Virus record (IMG/VR): IMGVR_UViG_3300030108_003783
Span: 69,731-133,730 of that record
DNA: 64,000 nucleotides
Source: a virus
Reading direction: 5' to 3' (one strand)
Part shown: positions 27,135 to 36,884 of the stretch, piece by piece
How the letters are laid out: every line of letters starts with the position of its first letter
Numbering within the stretch: the stretch's first letter is position 1
Notes under the pieces: model-generated
The model's input: only the letters and a program-made list of their open reading frames with translations
Told to the model about the DNA's origin: nothing
Database searches by the model: none
Program-made: the position numbers and the translations under genes

Positions 27135-27356
27135 ATGATGGAAATGATTATGAACGCATTATTTGCAGAAGCAAATGCAAAAGAAACAAGAGCAGCAGCA
27201 AATTTACAGAACTATATGAACAATTCAGTTGGTGTTGGTGAACACCCAGATATAGTTGCAGAATGTAATAAGTTAGTCAAAGAAATTGCAGAAGCAAGAG
27301 AGATGAAGTCTACTATACAAAGCTTGTTACCAAAAGAAGAAAGCGAGAAACAATAA
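27135..27356 (+). CDS. Hypothetical protein (VGVGEHPD motif)
   Basis: AAGGAG RBS before ATG 27135. Confidence 0.7.
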   Translation: MMEMIMNALFAEANAKETRAAANLQNYMNNSVGVGEHPDIVAECNKLVKEIAEAREMKSTIQSLLPKEESEKQ

Positions 27357-27634
27357 TGATATTAGAAATAATTTTATTTGTACTTTTGATTATTATATCT
27401 TTCTTGTTTTATAGACAAGATAAAACGATTAGCAAACAAATAGAATATATAGATTCAATTGAATTGAAATTACTTAATACTTTTGAATCTATAAAAAAAG
27501 CTTTAGATGATATTAAAGAAATAGATGAAAAAGGTGGTTTCGAATCTGATGATGAAGTAGGACAAATATTTTCTAATATAAAAGACGTAATAACTAAATT
27601 AGATAACGAGATAAATTATGATGATGAATCATAG
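27356..27634 (+). CDS. Single-TM coiled-coil protein
   Basis: Hydropathy; FESDDEVG. Confidence 0.65.
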   Translation: MILEIILFVLLIIISFLFYRQDKTISKQIEYIDSIELKLLNTFESIKKALDDIKEIDEKGGFESDDEVGQIFSNIKDVITKLDNEINYDDES

Positions 27635-28373
27635 CCCAGTAGATAAGTTCTATTTAAATTTGCAATCTAAAAATGTAGAGGAAGTAAAAACTTCTAAAAG
27701 AGGTAGACCAAGAAAGAAAAAGATGTACTTCACTGAAGATACGCAAGATGCAATTATAGCTTATAATCTTGAAACAGATAATGCAAAAAGAAATAAAGTT
27801 TGGAATGAGTTTATAAATAAACCTATAGATAAGCTTGCTGAAAATATTATTAACAGATTTAGATTTATGTATATGGATGGTGGAATAAAAGAAGTAAAAT
27901 CAGAAGTAGTTTCTTTTTTATTAACTAAGTTACCTAAGTATACAGAAGACAAAGGTAAAGCATTTTCTTACTTTTCAATTGTTGCAAAAAACTATTTGAT
28001 ACAAAATAACAATAAAAATTATAAAAGGTTAACGTCTAAAGCAAGTGTTAACCATATAGATTGGCAAAGGAATATATCTAATGAAGTACAAAGAGAGATG
28101 GTATTAGATGGTGTAGTAGACTTTATGGATCTATTTATAGAATGGTATGAAGATAAAGTGGAAGAAAAGTTTAGATTGAAAAGGGATAAAGCAATAGCAT
28201 ACGCAGTTTTATATTTGTTTAAAACTAGAGATAATATTGAAACGTATAATAAAAAAGCATTATACATTTTAATAAGAGAAATGACCGATGCAAAAACTCA
28301 GTATATAACTAAGGTTGTAAAGGTCATAAAAAAAGAGTACGAATTTTACTATAAAAAATATCAAGGCTTATAG
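27618..28373 (+). CDS. Phage RNA polymerase sigma factor (T4 gp55-like)
   Basis: KYTEDKGKAFSYFSIVAKNYL resembles sigma region 2.3-2.4; LAENII. Confidence 0.65.
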   Translation: MMMNHSPVDKFYLNLQSKNVEEVKTSKRGRPRKKKMYFTEDTQDAIIAYNLETDNAKRNKVWNEFINKPIDKLAENIINRFRFMYMDGGIKEVKSEVVSFLLTKLPKYTEDKGKAFSYFSIVAKNYLIQNNNKNYKRLTSKASVNHIDWQRNISNEVQREMVLDGVVDFMDLFIEWYEDKVEEKFRLKRDKAIAYAVLYLFKTRDNIETYNKKALYILIREMTDAKTQYITKVVKVIKKEYEFYYKKYQGL

Positions 28374-28478
28374 TTATATAAAAGGTTATATAGAAAGGTT
28401 TCTAAAAAAGGTTATGATATTTTTATACTCCGAAAGCATGTAGATTTTTATTAATTGAAAGAATACAAGGAGAATTTT

Positions 28479-28886
28479 ATGAGAACATTAATTTTAACAA
28501 TAGCTTTAGTATGCGGTTTAACTGCAACTCAAGCACAAACTCAAGGAGACTGGTACGTAGGTACTGGTGATGTAGCAAATGTAGCATGGACTGATTGGTC
28601 TGTGTCTCCAACAATAGGCTACGGTGTAATGGAAAACTTAATGGTTGGTGCGTCGATAAACCAAGCAGATTCAACTGCTGATATGAATATCGATTTCCAT
28701 GCAAGATATTTTGTAAAAGGTTATTTTGCATATGTTGCAACTGACGGACTATCTACAGATGGTATGTCAATTGGAGCTGGGAAAATGTTTACTTTAAGGA
28801 ACAATATTTACGTTGATCCTAAAGTGGTTTATAACACAGGAGAAAAAACTACAAACCTTACATTAGGGTTTGGGTTTAGATTCTAA
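28479..28886 (+). CDS. Small outer-membrane beta-barrel protein
   Basis: Signal peptide (..TQA-QTQG); alternating strands; terminal GFGFRF. Confidence 0.7.
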   Translation: MRTLILTIALVCGLTATQAQTQGDWYVGTGDVANVAWTDWSVSPTIGYGVMENLMVGASINQADSTADMNIDFHARYFVKGYFAYVATDGLSTDGMSIGAGKMFTLRNNIYVDPKVVYNTGEKTTNLTLGFGFRF

Positions 28887-28960
28887 ATACCCATAGAGGG
28901 GTCAACATGCTTTCGACGGCAATACTGCCACAGAACAATAAATTGAATTAGGAGAAAACA

Positions 28961-29185
28961 ATGGATTCAGTAATCAAACACGTAAATGGATTTTTCGGTG
29001 GACTAGCAACTCTTATGTTAGCTATCTTACCAGTAACAATCCTTTGGCAAGTACTTACAGGTACTAACGTTTTTGGGATGGATGTAATTGCAAATTTATC
29101 TGCTCTTGTAAGTTCACTAGGTAATGGTGGGTTTGTAGGATTAGTAGTATTAGTAATTATTGCATCTTTCTTTATGAAGAAATAG
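28961..29185 (+). CDS. Small two-TM membrane protein
   Basis: AGGAG RBS; hydropathy. Confidence 0.7.
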   Translation: MDSVIKHVNGFFGGLATLMLAILPVTILWQVLTGTNVFGMDVIANLSALVSSLGNGGFVGLVVLVIIASFFMKK

Positions 29186-29196
29186 TTATTATAATT

Positions 29197-29228
29197 AAAA
29201 GGGCCCTAGTTAATTCTAGGGCTTTTTT
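29197..29228 (+). terminator. Rho-independent terminator
   Basis: GCCCTAG-ttaatt-CTAGGGC followed by TTTTTT. Confidence 0.8.
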
Positions 29229-29259
29229 GTGCGTTTAATATATTTATACTAAAGGGATA

Positions 29260-29607
29260 ATGTCTATGGATAAAGAAATATTTAAAGGAAAAACTTTTTC
29301 AAGCTTAATGGAAGACATATATAAAAATTCAATTAAGAAAGAAAAACAAATAACATCTTTAATTAAAGATTTACAACCAATGATTAAATCTATTGGTGAT
29401 GCAACTGTAGTTGTTCCAATTATAAAAGAGTATTTAGAAGTTGGTGTAAAAAATGATGAGCATTTAATAAAGATGGCAGCAATTGTTCAAAGAGCACAAG
29501 CAAGAGCTGAATCTACTGAAACTGGTGGAATGCTTTTAACAGAAGAGGAAAAGAAACACTTATTGGAAACTGTAGAGGAAATTAAATCGGAGGATAAAGA
29601 TGTATGA
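29260..29607 (+). CDS. Hypothetical helical protein
   Basis: ORF after late-promoter variant. Confidence 0.7.
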   Translation: MSMDKEIFKGKTFSSLMEDIYKNSIKKEKQITSLIKDLQPMIKSIGDATVVVPIIKEYLEVGVKNDEHLIKMAAIVQRAQARAESTETGGMLLTEEEKKHLLETVEEIKSEDKDV

Positions 29608-30655
29608 TGCAGAAGTAGATAGTCCTTTAGGTTCTAATGATACTTTTGGCCCCAAACAATCAGGGTTAACAATATATCAATGTAGAGTGTTTTCATTATA
29701 TTTAGATGAAGATGATAATACTTCATATGGAAGAATAAGAGGGCAAATACTAATTGATAACAAAGATTTAGAGGGAAATAAATTTACAGAGATAGAAGCT
29801 TACCCTTTAGATATATACAATTATACTTTACCAGCACCAAATGAATCTGTGATAGTTGTTAAAGCAGAGAACGGTCAATTTTTTTATTCTTCTATACCAC
29901 CTGTTAATTTTATAGAACAAGCTGTAATAGACGACGAGGATAACCCTATGCCTATTTATGCTGAGGAAGAAGAAGACCCAGAAGAAAATTTACAAATCAA
30001 TGTAAGTTCTTTTAAAAACTTTTCAATAAACGACGATGCTGACGAAGAGATATATGGTAGAACATTTACAGAAGATCTTGTAGCAGCAACTGATGTAGTT
30101 CAAGCTCGTAAAGTAAGAGAAGGAGATAAGATAATACAAAGTAGATTTGGTAGTTCTATTAAGTTTACATGCAAGAATGAATTAAATGAAACTGCTTGGT
30201 CATTAGATGGAGAAGATGGCCAACCTGTTATTGTAATAAGAAATGGCCAAGACCCAGAACCTAATATTGCAACAGATAATTCTTTTATATATTTGTTATC
30301 TGATCAATCTTTAGATTATGGCGACTTTACACCATCGCCAGAAAGTGCAAATGTTTCGGATCCGAATGATGCATATGTTGGAGGTCAAGTTGTAATAGGT
30401 GCAGACAGATTAACCTTTATATCTAAGACCGACGATATATCTTTATCTTCTACTGGTATAATATCTATGGCTACTCCAAAGTGGGCAGTAGATTTAGATG
30501 TGCTAATGGATCAAGTAAAAGCACTAGCAGAACAAGTTGCAGCTTTAACAAAAGGTGAAGCAACATTTACAACAGGTGTTGGCCCAACTGGTCCAGCAAC
30601 AAATGCAGCTGACGTTGCAACTATAGTTCAAGAAATATCTGGGTTAGAACAATAA
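29600..30655 (+). CDS. Baseplate hub/spike (gp5/GpV-like)
   Basis: N-terminal OB-like P..NE.V; GDKIIQSRFGSSIKF; C-terminal TGVGPT; context. Confidence 0.55.
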   Translation: MYDAEVDSPLGSNDTFGPKQSGLTIYQCRVFSLYLDEDDNTSYGRIRGQILIDNKDLEGNKFTEIEAYPLDIYNYTLPAPNESVIVVKAENGQFFYSSIPPVNFIEQAVIDDEDNPMPIYAEEEEDPEENLQINVSSFKNFSINDDADEEIYGRTFTEDLVAATDVVQARKVREGDKIIQSRFGSSIKFTCKNELNETAWSLDGEDGQPVIVIRNGQDPEPNIATDNSFIYLLSDQSLDYGDFTPSPESANVSDPNDAYVGGQVVIGADRLTFISKTDDISLSSTGIISMATPKWAVDLDVLMDQVKALAEQVAALTKGEATFTTGVGPTGPATNAADVATIVQEISGLEQ

Positions 30656-31194
30656 TGGCAATAGTTTGGCAAAATTTAGAAAAAGAAATAACAGATTGGC
30701 TTGAAGATCTAGGTGAAAAAACAACAGATGACACAGCTAAATTTTTTGCTGATTCTTATGCTTCTGCCGTAACAGCTGGAGCAGAACCAATAGGGAATGC
30801 AGTAATTGATCCTGCAAAGGAAGCTGCTATAGAACAAGCCTGGAAAGCAGCATTTGCACAACAAGCTGCATCAGATACTCCATTAGGTGTACCGTGTTGG
30901 TTACCTGTTGCAACTTCGATAGTATTATATTGGACAGGAGCTTTATTTGAATTTAAAATTCCACATCCCGGAACGGTATCGGGTGTATCTAATTTAGTTA
31001 CATTCCCTGGTGCTCCACCACCAATAGCAGCAGCAATAGACAAAGCTTTTAAACAAGAAGAAGCACCAAAAGTTGCAAAGGAATTAGTAAATGGGTATAA
31101 GACTCATCTGTCAACGGTTACTGGTTTATTCACAGGATTAACACCACCACCAGCATCTGCACCATTACCTGTTCCTTGGGCTGGTATAAAGTAA
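30655..31194 (+). CDS. Putative baseplate spike-associated protein
   Basis: Ala/Pro-rich; context. Confidence 0.45.
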   Translation: MAIVWQNLEKEITDWLEDLGEKTTDDTAKFFADSYASAVTAGAEPIGNAVIDPAKEAAIEQAWKAAFAQQAASDTPLGVPCWLPVATSIVLYWTGALFEFKIPHPGTVSGVSNLVTFPGAPPPIAAAIDKAFKQEEAPKVAKELVNGYKTHLSTVTGLFTGLTPPPASAPLPVPWAGIK

Positions 31195-31245
31195 CTCTTT
31201 CTGATATTTATTATTAGAAAAAGGTTTATAAAAGAGGAGTATATA

Positions 31246-31599
31246 ATGACAAAAAAAGATTTAGTTAGAATTATTAGAGAAGTTGTTAGAAAAGAAGTAA
31301 AACAACAAATCGGTAATGTACTAACAGAAATGGAACATAAAAAAGCTCAAGATAAGAACCCTATGTCTTTGAATGAAGCATTAAATCAAACTGATCCATT
31401 TCCAACAATGCAAGGAAAGACTTTTACTTCTGCTGATGCAAGAGCGCAATTTGCTTCTATGCAAAATGGTTTCAATCCTTCATCTCAACCGCAAACAGAT
31501 TTATCTGGAAAGCCTGTTAATGTAAATCAATTAGGTGGTGGTTTAGATAAAGCTTTAACAAGAGATTATTCAGAATTAGTAAAAAGGTTTAATAAATAA
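31246..31599 (+). CDS. Hypothetical late protein (IIREVVRKE N-terminus)
   Basis: Late promoter 31202, GAGGAG RBS. Confidence 0.7.
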   Translation: MTKKDLVRIIREVVRKEVKQQIGNVLTEMEHKKAQDKNPMSLNEALNQTDPFPTMQGKTFTSADARAQFASMQNGFNPSSQPQTDLSGKPVNVNQLGGGLDKALTRDYSELVKRFNK

Positions 31600-32015
31600 T
31601 GCCAAACGATCCAATACAAATAAACCCAATAGATCTTGAAGATGATGTAGCCTTAGGTATAATGTTTCCTATGAACGCACCAAACGGTGGCGGTTTAAAT
31701 AGTACCTTCTACACTAAAGATCAAGTAAAAGCTAATATGCATTTACTTTTTAGCACAATGATTGGTGAAAGAGTTATGATGCCAACGTTTGGAACTTATT
31801 TGTATAATTTATTATTTGAACCTTCTGATACTGATTTAAAAGAGAAACAAATAAGGAATGAAGTAGATAGAGCAATTTCAACATGGATACCAATAGTAGA
31901 AGTTGTTGATGTAACATTTCCAGAAGTAGTAGATGAAAAGTTTATTAGATTAAGTATATTCTATAGAATTCCAAACTTTAATATAGAAGACGAATTAGTA
32001 TTACAGGTGAATTAA
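31599..32015 (+). CDS. Baseplate wedge protein gp25-like
   Basis: GERVMMPTFG..LLFEP. Confidence 0.85.
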   Translation: MPNDPIQINPIDLEDDVALGIMFPMNAPNGGGLNSTFYTKDQVKANMHLLFSTMIGERVMMPTFGTYLYNLLFEPSDTDLKEKQIRNEVDRAISTWIPIVEVVDVTFPEVVDEKFIRLSIFYRIPNFNIEDELVLQVN

Positions 32016-32018
32016 GAT

Positions 32019-33902
32019 ATGGCAGAAAAAGATATAAAATATGTAGGTAGAGACTTTGATGGGTTTAGAGCAAACCTAATGGAGTTTGCAAAAAACTATT
32101 TTCCTACAACATACAATGATTTTTCAACATCTTCTCCAGGGCAGATGTTTATAGAAATGGCTTCTTATGTTGGTGATGTACTTTCTTATTATACGGATTA
32201 CGCTTTAAAAGAAAGTATGATTCATAAAGCAACGGAAAGAAAAAACTTATACGATTTAGCACAAGCTTTTGGTTATAAACCAAAGATATCAGTTGCTTCT
32301 ACATGTAAGTTAGATGTTTATTTAAAGATACCCTCAACGTTTAAATCTACAGATGGAGCTGAAGGCTCTGCAGTAGCATCTCAACCAGATTGGGATTATG
32401 CTCCTATAATAGAAGAAGGCATGGTAGTTAAAACTGAAGGTGATATTAAATTCAGAACTGTATCTGCAATAGATTTTCAATCGTCTTCATCTTTAGACCC
32501 AACTAATGTAACTGTTCATACAGCTAATGCAACTACGGGTCAACCTGAATTTTATTTATTGAAAAAAAGCGTAACTGTAATAAGTGGTGAAACTAAAACT
32601 ACATCTTTTACTGGTAACAATAAAAAGTCGCAAACTTTTACAATACCAGAAGATAATGTAATAGAAATTGTTTCTTGCTTAGATTCAGATAATAACAAAT
32701 GGTACGAAGTTCCTTTCTTAGCTCAAGATACAGTCTTTGAAGAAAATGTTAACAATAATGCTTTTGATCCTTCTAGATCTACACAAAAAGTTGGAACCCC
32801 TTATATTTTAAGTTTAAGAAAAACGGGAAGAAGATTCGTTGTAAGAGTAAACGATAACAACAGACCAGTATTACAATTTGGAAGTGGCATAAGCTCTAAT
32901 TCAGATGTATCTATTTTACCAAACCCAAACAATGTAGGTTCTAATTTGCCAGGGTCATCAACTAATTTAAACAAAGCTTTTGACCCAAGTAATTTTATGT
33001 TCACTAAGTCTTATGGTAAAGCTCCAGATTCTAGTATGACTATAACGTATACTGTTGGTAAAGGGTTAGATTCTAATGTTGAGCAAGGTCTAATAAATAA
33101 AATAGAAAGCAAAACTTTAACACAAAACTCTGACCAAGTAACACCAACATTACTTGCAATAGTAGAAGCTTCATTAGCTGTAGATAATCCTGAACCAGCT
33201 AGAGGTGGTAAATCTCAAGAAAGCTTAGAAGAGATAAGACAAAATGCATTAGGTCATTTTGCAACTCAAAGAAGAGCAGTAACAAGAGAAGATTATATTA
33301 TAAGAGCATATTCAATGCCATCTAAATTTGGATCAGTAGAAAAAGTATTTATAACTAATGATACACAAATAGATGAAAAGACCAAAGAGGAAGTAGCTAA
33401 TCCAATGGCTTTAAATATGTATACTTTAGGTTATAACAATGTTAATAATTTAACTGCAGTAAATGAAGCAACAAAAAATAACTTGAAAAATTATTTATCT
33501 CAACATAGAATATTAACAGATGCTGTAAATATAAAAGACGGATATATAATAAACCTAGGAGTTGATTTTGAAATAGTAGCACTAGCAGGTTTTAATTCAA
33601 GAGAAGTAGTTTTAAAATGTATAGAAGAAGTAAAGAGGTTAATGCATATAGATAGAATGCAATTTAACCAACCAATTATAATAAAAGATTTAACGTTAGC
33701 TTTAGCAAAAGTAGACGGTGTTCAATCTGTTATGAAATTTGACATAATAAATAAGTGGCGAACAAGTTTAGGTTATTCTGGTAATAAATATAATTTAGAA
33801 GACGCTAACAGAGGAGGAGTAATTTATCCTTCACTAGATCCTTCTGTATTCGAAATAAAATATCCGAATATAGATATACAAGGAAGAGCAACTACATACT
33901 AG
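32019..33902 (+). CDS. Baseplate wedge protein gp6-like
   Basis: YNDF..SSPG.MFIEMASYVGDVLSYY; QRRAVTREDY. Confidence 0.85.
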   Translation: MAEKDIKYVGRDFDGFRANLMEFAKNYFPTTYNDFSTSSPGQMFIEMASYVGDVLSYYTDYALKESMIHKATERKNLYDLAQAFGYKPKISVASTCKLDVYLKIPSTFKSTDGAEGSAVASQPDWDYAPIIEEGMVVKTEGDIKFRTVSAIDFQSSSSLDPTNVTVHTANATTGQPEFYLLKKSVTVISGETKTTSFTGNNKKSQTFTIPEDNVIEIVSCLDSDNNKWYEVPFLAQDTVFEENVNNNAFDPSRSTQKVGTPYILSLRKTGRRFVVRVNDNNRPVLQFGSGISSNSDVSILPNPNNVGSNLPGSSTNLNKAFDPSNFMFTKSYGKAPDSSMTITYTVGKGLDSNVEQGLINKIESKTLTQNSDQVTPTLLAIVEASLAVDNPEPARGGKSQESLEEIRQNALGHFATQRRAVTREDYIIRAYSMPSKFGSVEKVFITNDTQIDEKTKEEVANPMALNMYTLGYNNVNNLTAVNEATKNNLKNYLSQHRILTDAVNIKDGYIINLGVDFEIVALAGFNSREVVLKCIEEVKRLMHIDRMQFNQPIIIKDLTLALAKVDGVQSVMKFDIINKWRTSLGYSGNKYNLEDANRGGVIYPSLDPSVFEIKYPNIDIQGRATTY

Positions 33903-33914
33903 AGGAATAACAAT

Positions 33915-35000
33915 ATGAAACATTTTATATATCCAATAAAAGATACAACAATATATTCATACTCAGCAAGTATGAATACAGGTATTGACGAGATATTAGA
34001 AATAGAAAAAACTATACCAGTTGGTACAGAGCCTATACATAAAGCTCGTGCAATTATAGGATTTGATTTTGATACAGAATGGAAACAATTAACATCAAGC
34101 TTTTCTTCTTTTTCATCATCATGGGCAGCAGATACTTGGGCTAGTAAATTTAGATTGTATACAACTAAAGCTGAAAAGATAAGATACTCTTATGTAATAG
34201 AAGCCTCCCCAATAAAAATATCTTCAACTGGTAATTGGCAAATGGGTTTAGGAAGAAGATCCCACACTCCAATAACTGAAGAAGGTTGTAGCTGGGCTTT
34301 TAGAACAGAATCTGGATCAGATGCATGGTTACAACCAGGTGGTGATTTTTGGCAATATCCTAATATTACAACTCAAGCTTTTGAATATGAAAGTACTGAT
34401 ATAGCAATTGAAGCTTCACATTCCATAGCAAAATGGCAAACAACTACTGATGGAGATAAAAAAGGCGTTATATTTAAATTCTCTTCAAGCTTAGAAGAAG
34501 ACACTTTAGAATATGGATGTATAAAATTCTTTTCAAGAGATACTAATACAATATATTCTCCAAGACTAGAGTTAGCTTGGGATGATTCTGAATTTAGCAC
34601 TGGATCTTTATCTGCAGCAACATCTGATGAAATATTAGTTTATGTAAAAAATAATAAATACGAATACAATGAAAATGAAGTTGTAAGATTTGAAGTAAGA
34701 GCAAGAGATACTTATGTAACTCAAACCTATGGAACATCTTCTGCTGCACTGGAAACATTTTATTTACCAACTGGTTCTTATTATGCAATCAAAGATGCAG
34801 AAACAGAAGAAGCTGTTATAGACTTTGATACAAGTTATACTAAGATAAGTTGTACATCGTCTGGTAATTTCTTTAATGTATATATGAAAGCTTTAACACC
34901 AGAAAGATTATACAAATTAGTATTAAAAGTAAACAATAGAAAATATAATGGTCAAGTAGAACACTTTGATCCTAATATAGTATTTAGAATAGCTAGGTAA
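33915..35000 (+). CDS. Structural protein
   Basis: KDTTIYS..NTGIDEILE; FFSRDT..YSPRL; baseplate context. Confidence 0.6.
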   Translation: MKHFIYPIKDTTIYSYSASMNTGIDEILEIEKTIPVGTEPIHKARAIIGFDFDTEWKQLTSSFSSFSSSWAADTWASKFRLYTTKAEKIRYSYVIEASPIKISSTGNWQMGLGRRSHTPITEEGCSWAFRTESGSDAWLQPGGDFWQYPNITTQAFEYESTDIAIEASHSIAKWQTTTDGDKKGVIFKFSSSLEEDTLEYGCIKFFSRDTNTIYSPRLELAWDDSEFSTGSLSAATSDEILVYVKNNKYEYNENEVVRFEVRARDTYVTQTYGTSSAALETFYLPTGSYYAIKDAETEEAVIDFDTSYTKISCTSSGNFFNVYMKALTPERLYKLVLKVNNRKYNGQVEHFDPNIVFRIAR

Positions 35001-35004
35001 TATT

Positions 35005-36882
35005 ATGCCAAAAAGAAAAGTAACATCAGAGAACATAGAACAAACTCTAAGAGATGCTAGGGTTAATAGAAGATCTTCTAAAGATAGCAGAGAAAAACTA
35101 GCAGATGATATTAGAAATAAAGGGCTCAATGCTGATTTAGATAAACGACCTACTATATTTAATGACTCTTTGGTTTTAAGTAATAGAGAATCTGTAAATA
35201 CAACTTTAGAGTTTGATAATACTAGAGAATATTATAGTCAAGAAAGCTTTGAAAACAACTTCGATGTAGAATTAACAGAGCTTATAACAAAAGCTCCAGA
35301 GCCAGAACCAGATCCAGTTCCAGAAGTAAGAAAACCACCTGCTCCTTCTCTTATACAAATACAAGGAACAAACAATCACTGGACACTAGACGGTAAACTT
35401 GGTAGAAGAGATAAAGATACAAACTCTTGGCAAAATAATTATCATCCAGAAGGAAACAACCCAGGTGGTGGTTATTTATATATACCAGATGATCATCCTT
35501 TATTTTATTTAAGAAAATGCGAGCCAAAAAATGCAAGAGCATCTTTTAATTACGAATGGAAAGTAAATGGTGAAGTAGTTTCAGATAAACCTTTTTTACA
35601 ACTATATAATATTGATGACCAAGGAAAAAAGGATGAAGGAGATGATAAATCAAGGTGGAGAAATCAAGACGATATAATAATTGAATGCAGAGTTTGGAAT
35701 GAATCTGGTCAATTAAAAGCAGATACTAAAATGAGATGCGCAAGGGACGTTAGAAATGAAAACGAGCTAGAAGCAGACGAAGTAACTGGAAAGCCAAGAT
35801 GGAAATGGAAAGGTTATAGAGAATTTAAAGAAGAAGTTTTTATGAACGGTGACTACAGAGTATTAACTGATTATATTCAAGATCCTAAATATAAACAAAG
35901 AAATATAGTAGTAAAAGAATTTGATATATTTGATTTTAACAAAGATGCATTTACAACTCCCTCTAGATATGAAGCAAAGCCTTGGTCTAAAAAGCAATTG
36001 ATAAACGTTTCTCAACAATTAGCTAGACCACCATTTGTACCTAAAGACGATTTTCCAAGCCCTCAGGAAATAGATAAGTTAAGAAAAGAAGCAAATCAAG
36101 GAAATGAAACTTCTGCAAAAGAATTAAGAAAAATGGGTTTTAAGCTAGGTCAAAGAAATTACGATGAATATGAAACTGCAATATTAAACGACGCAGAAGA
36201 AGCTAAAAGAAATGCAGAAGATTATGACAGGTATGTAAGAACTAATAAAAATTTAATTAACGAAAGAGCTAAAAATTTCAAAGATGATCATGACTCTTTA
36301 ATAAATAAAATTTGCAGACCTTATACTAAAGATGATTCTTTTATAGGTAGAGTTTATGAAAAAGGTAAATGGGTAACATTTAAAGAATTTTGGTCTGGCT
36401 ATGATGTTAAAGATCCATATGACTTAAAAAACTTTATGAGAACAAATGCAAAAGGCGAATTAGATCCAGAAGGTTCTACAGCTATGGAAAGAGTAAATAA
36501 ACCTTTTCAAGTATCTGCAAGACCAGGAGACGAAGCAGTATTAGGTTTTGTTTTTGGATATGCTAAAACGTTAAAAGATTCTAAAAAAGTTTTCAAGCTT
36601 TATTCAAAGATTTATAGAAGAAGAATTAAAGAAGACGACGGAGATCAAATAGATGTTGTATTAAAACCGCGTATAGAAGAAATAACTTATTATGGTAAAA
36701 ACGATAATGCTACAAAGTTTTTAAGTGAAGAAATAAAAAGAGCTAAAAAGTTTACACCATCATTTATAGCAGGTCAAAAGAAAAAAATAGCAACAGCAAA
36801 GGTTAAAGAACTTTTAGATAGGACAGGAAGATTTTTAGGTTCAAGAAGCAATAGAAGAAGAAATAGGCCAAGAGGATATTAA
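35005..36882 (+). CDS. Hypothetical protein with Ig-like segment and Arg-rich C-terminus
   Basis: YEWKVNG..ECRVWNESG; long ORF. Confidence 0.6.
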   Translation: MPKRKVTSENIEQTLRDARVNRRSSKDSREKLADDIRNKGLNADLDKRPTIFNDSLVLSNRESVNTTLEFDNTREYYSQESFENNFDVELTELITKAPEPEPDPVPEVRKPPAPSLIQIQGTNNHWTLDGKLGRRDKDTNSWQNNYHPEGNNPGGGYLYIPDDHPLFYLRKCEPKNARASFNYEWKVNGEVVSDKPFLQLYNIDDQGKKDEGDDKSRWRNQDDIIIECRVWNESGQLKADTKMRCARDVRNENELEADEVTGKPRWKWKGYREFKEEVFMNGDYRVLTDYIQDPKYKQRNIVVKEFDIFDFNKDAFTTPSRYEAKPWSKKQLINVSQQLARPPFVPKDDFPSPQEIDKLRKEANQGNETSAKELRKMGFKLGQRNYDEYETAILNDAEEAKRNAEDYDRYVRTNKNLINERAKNFKDDHDSLINKICRPYTKDDSFIGRVYEKGKWVTFKEFWSGYDVKDPYDLKNFMRTNAKGELDPEGSTAMERVNKPFQVSARPGDEAVLGFVFGYAKTLKDSKKVFKLYSKIYRRRIKEDDGDQIDVVLKPRIEEITYYGKNDNATKFLSEEIKRAKKFTPSFIAGQKKKIATAKVKELLDRTGRFLGSRSNRRRNRPRGY

Positions 36883-36884
36883 AA

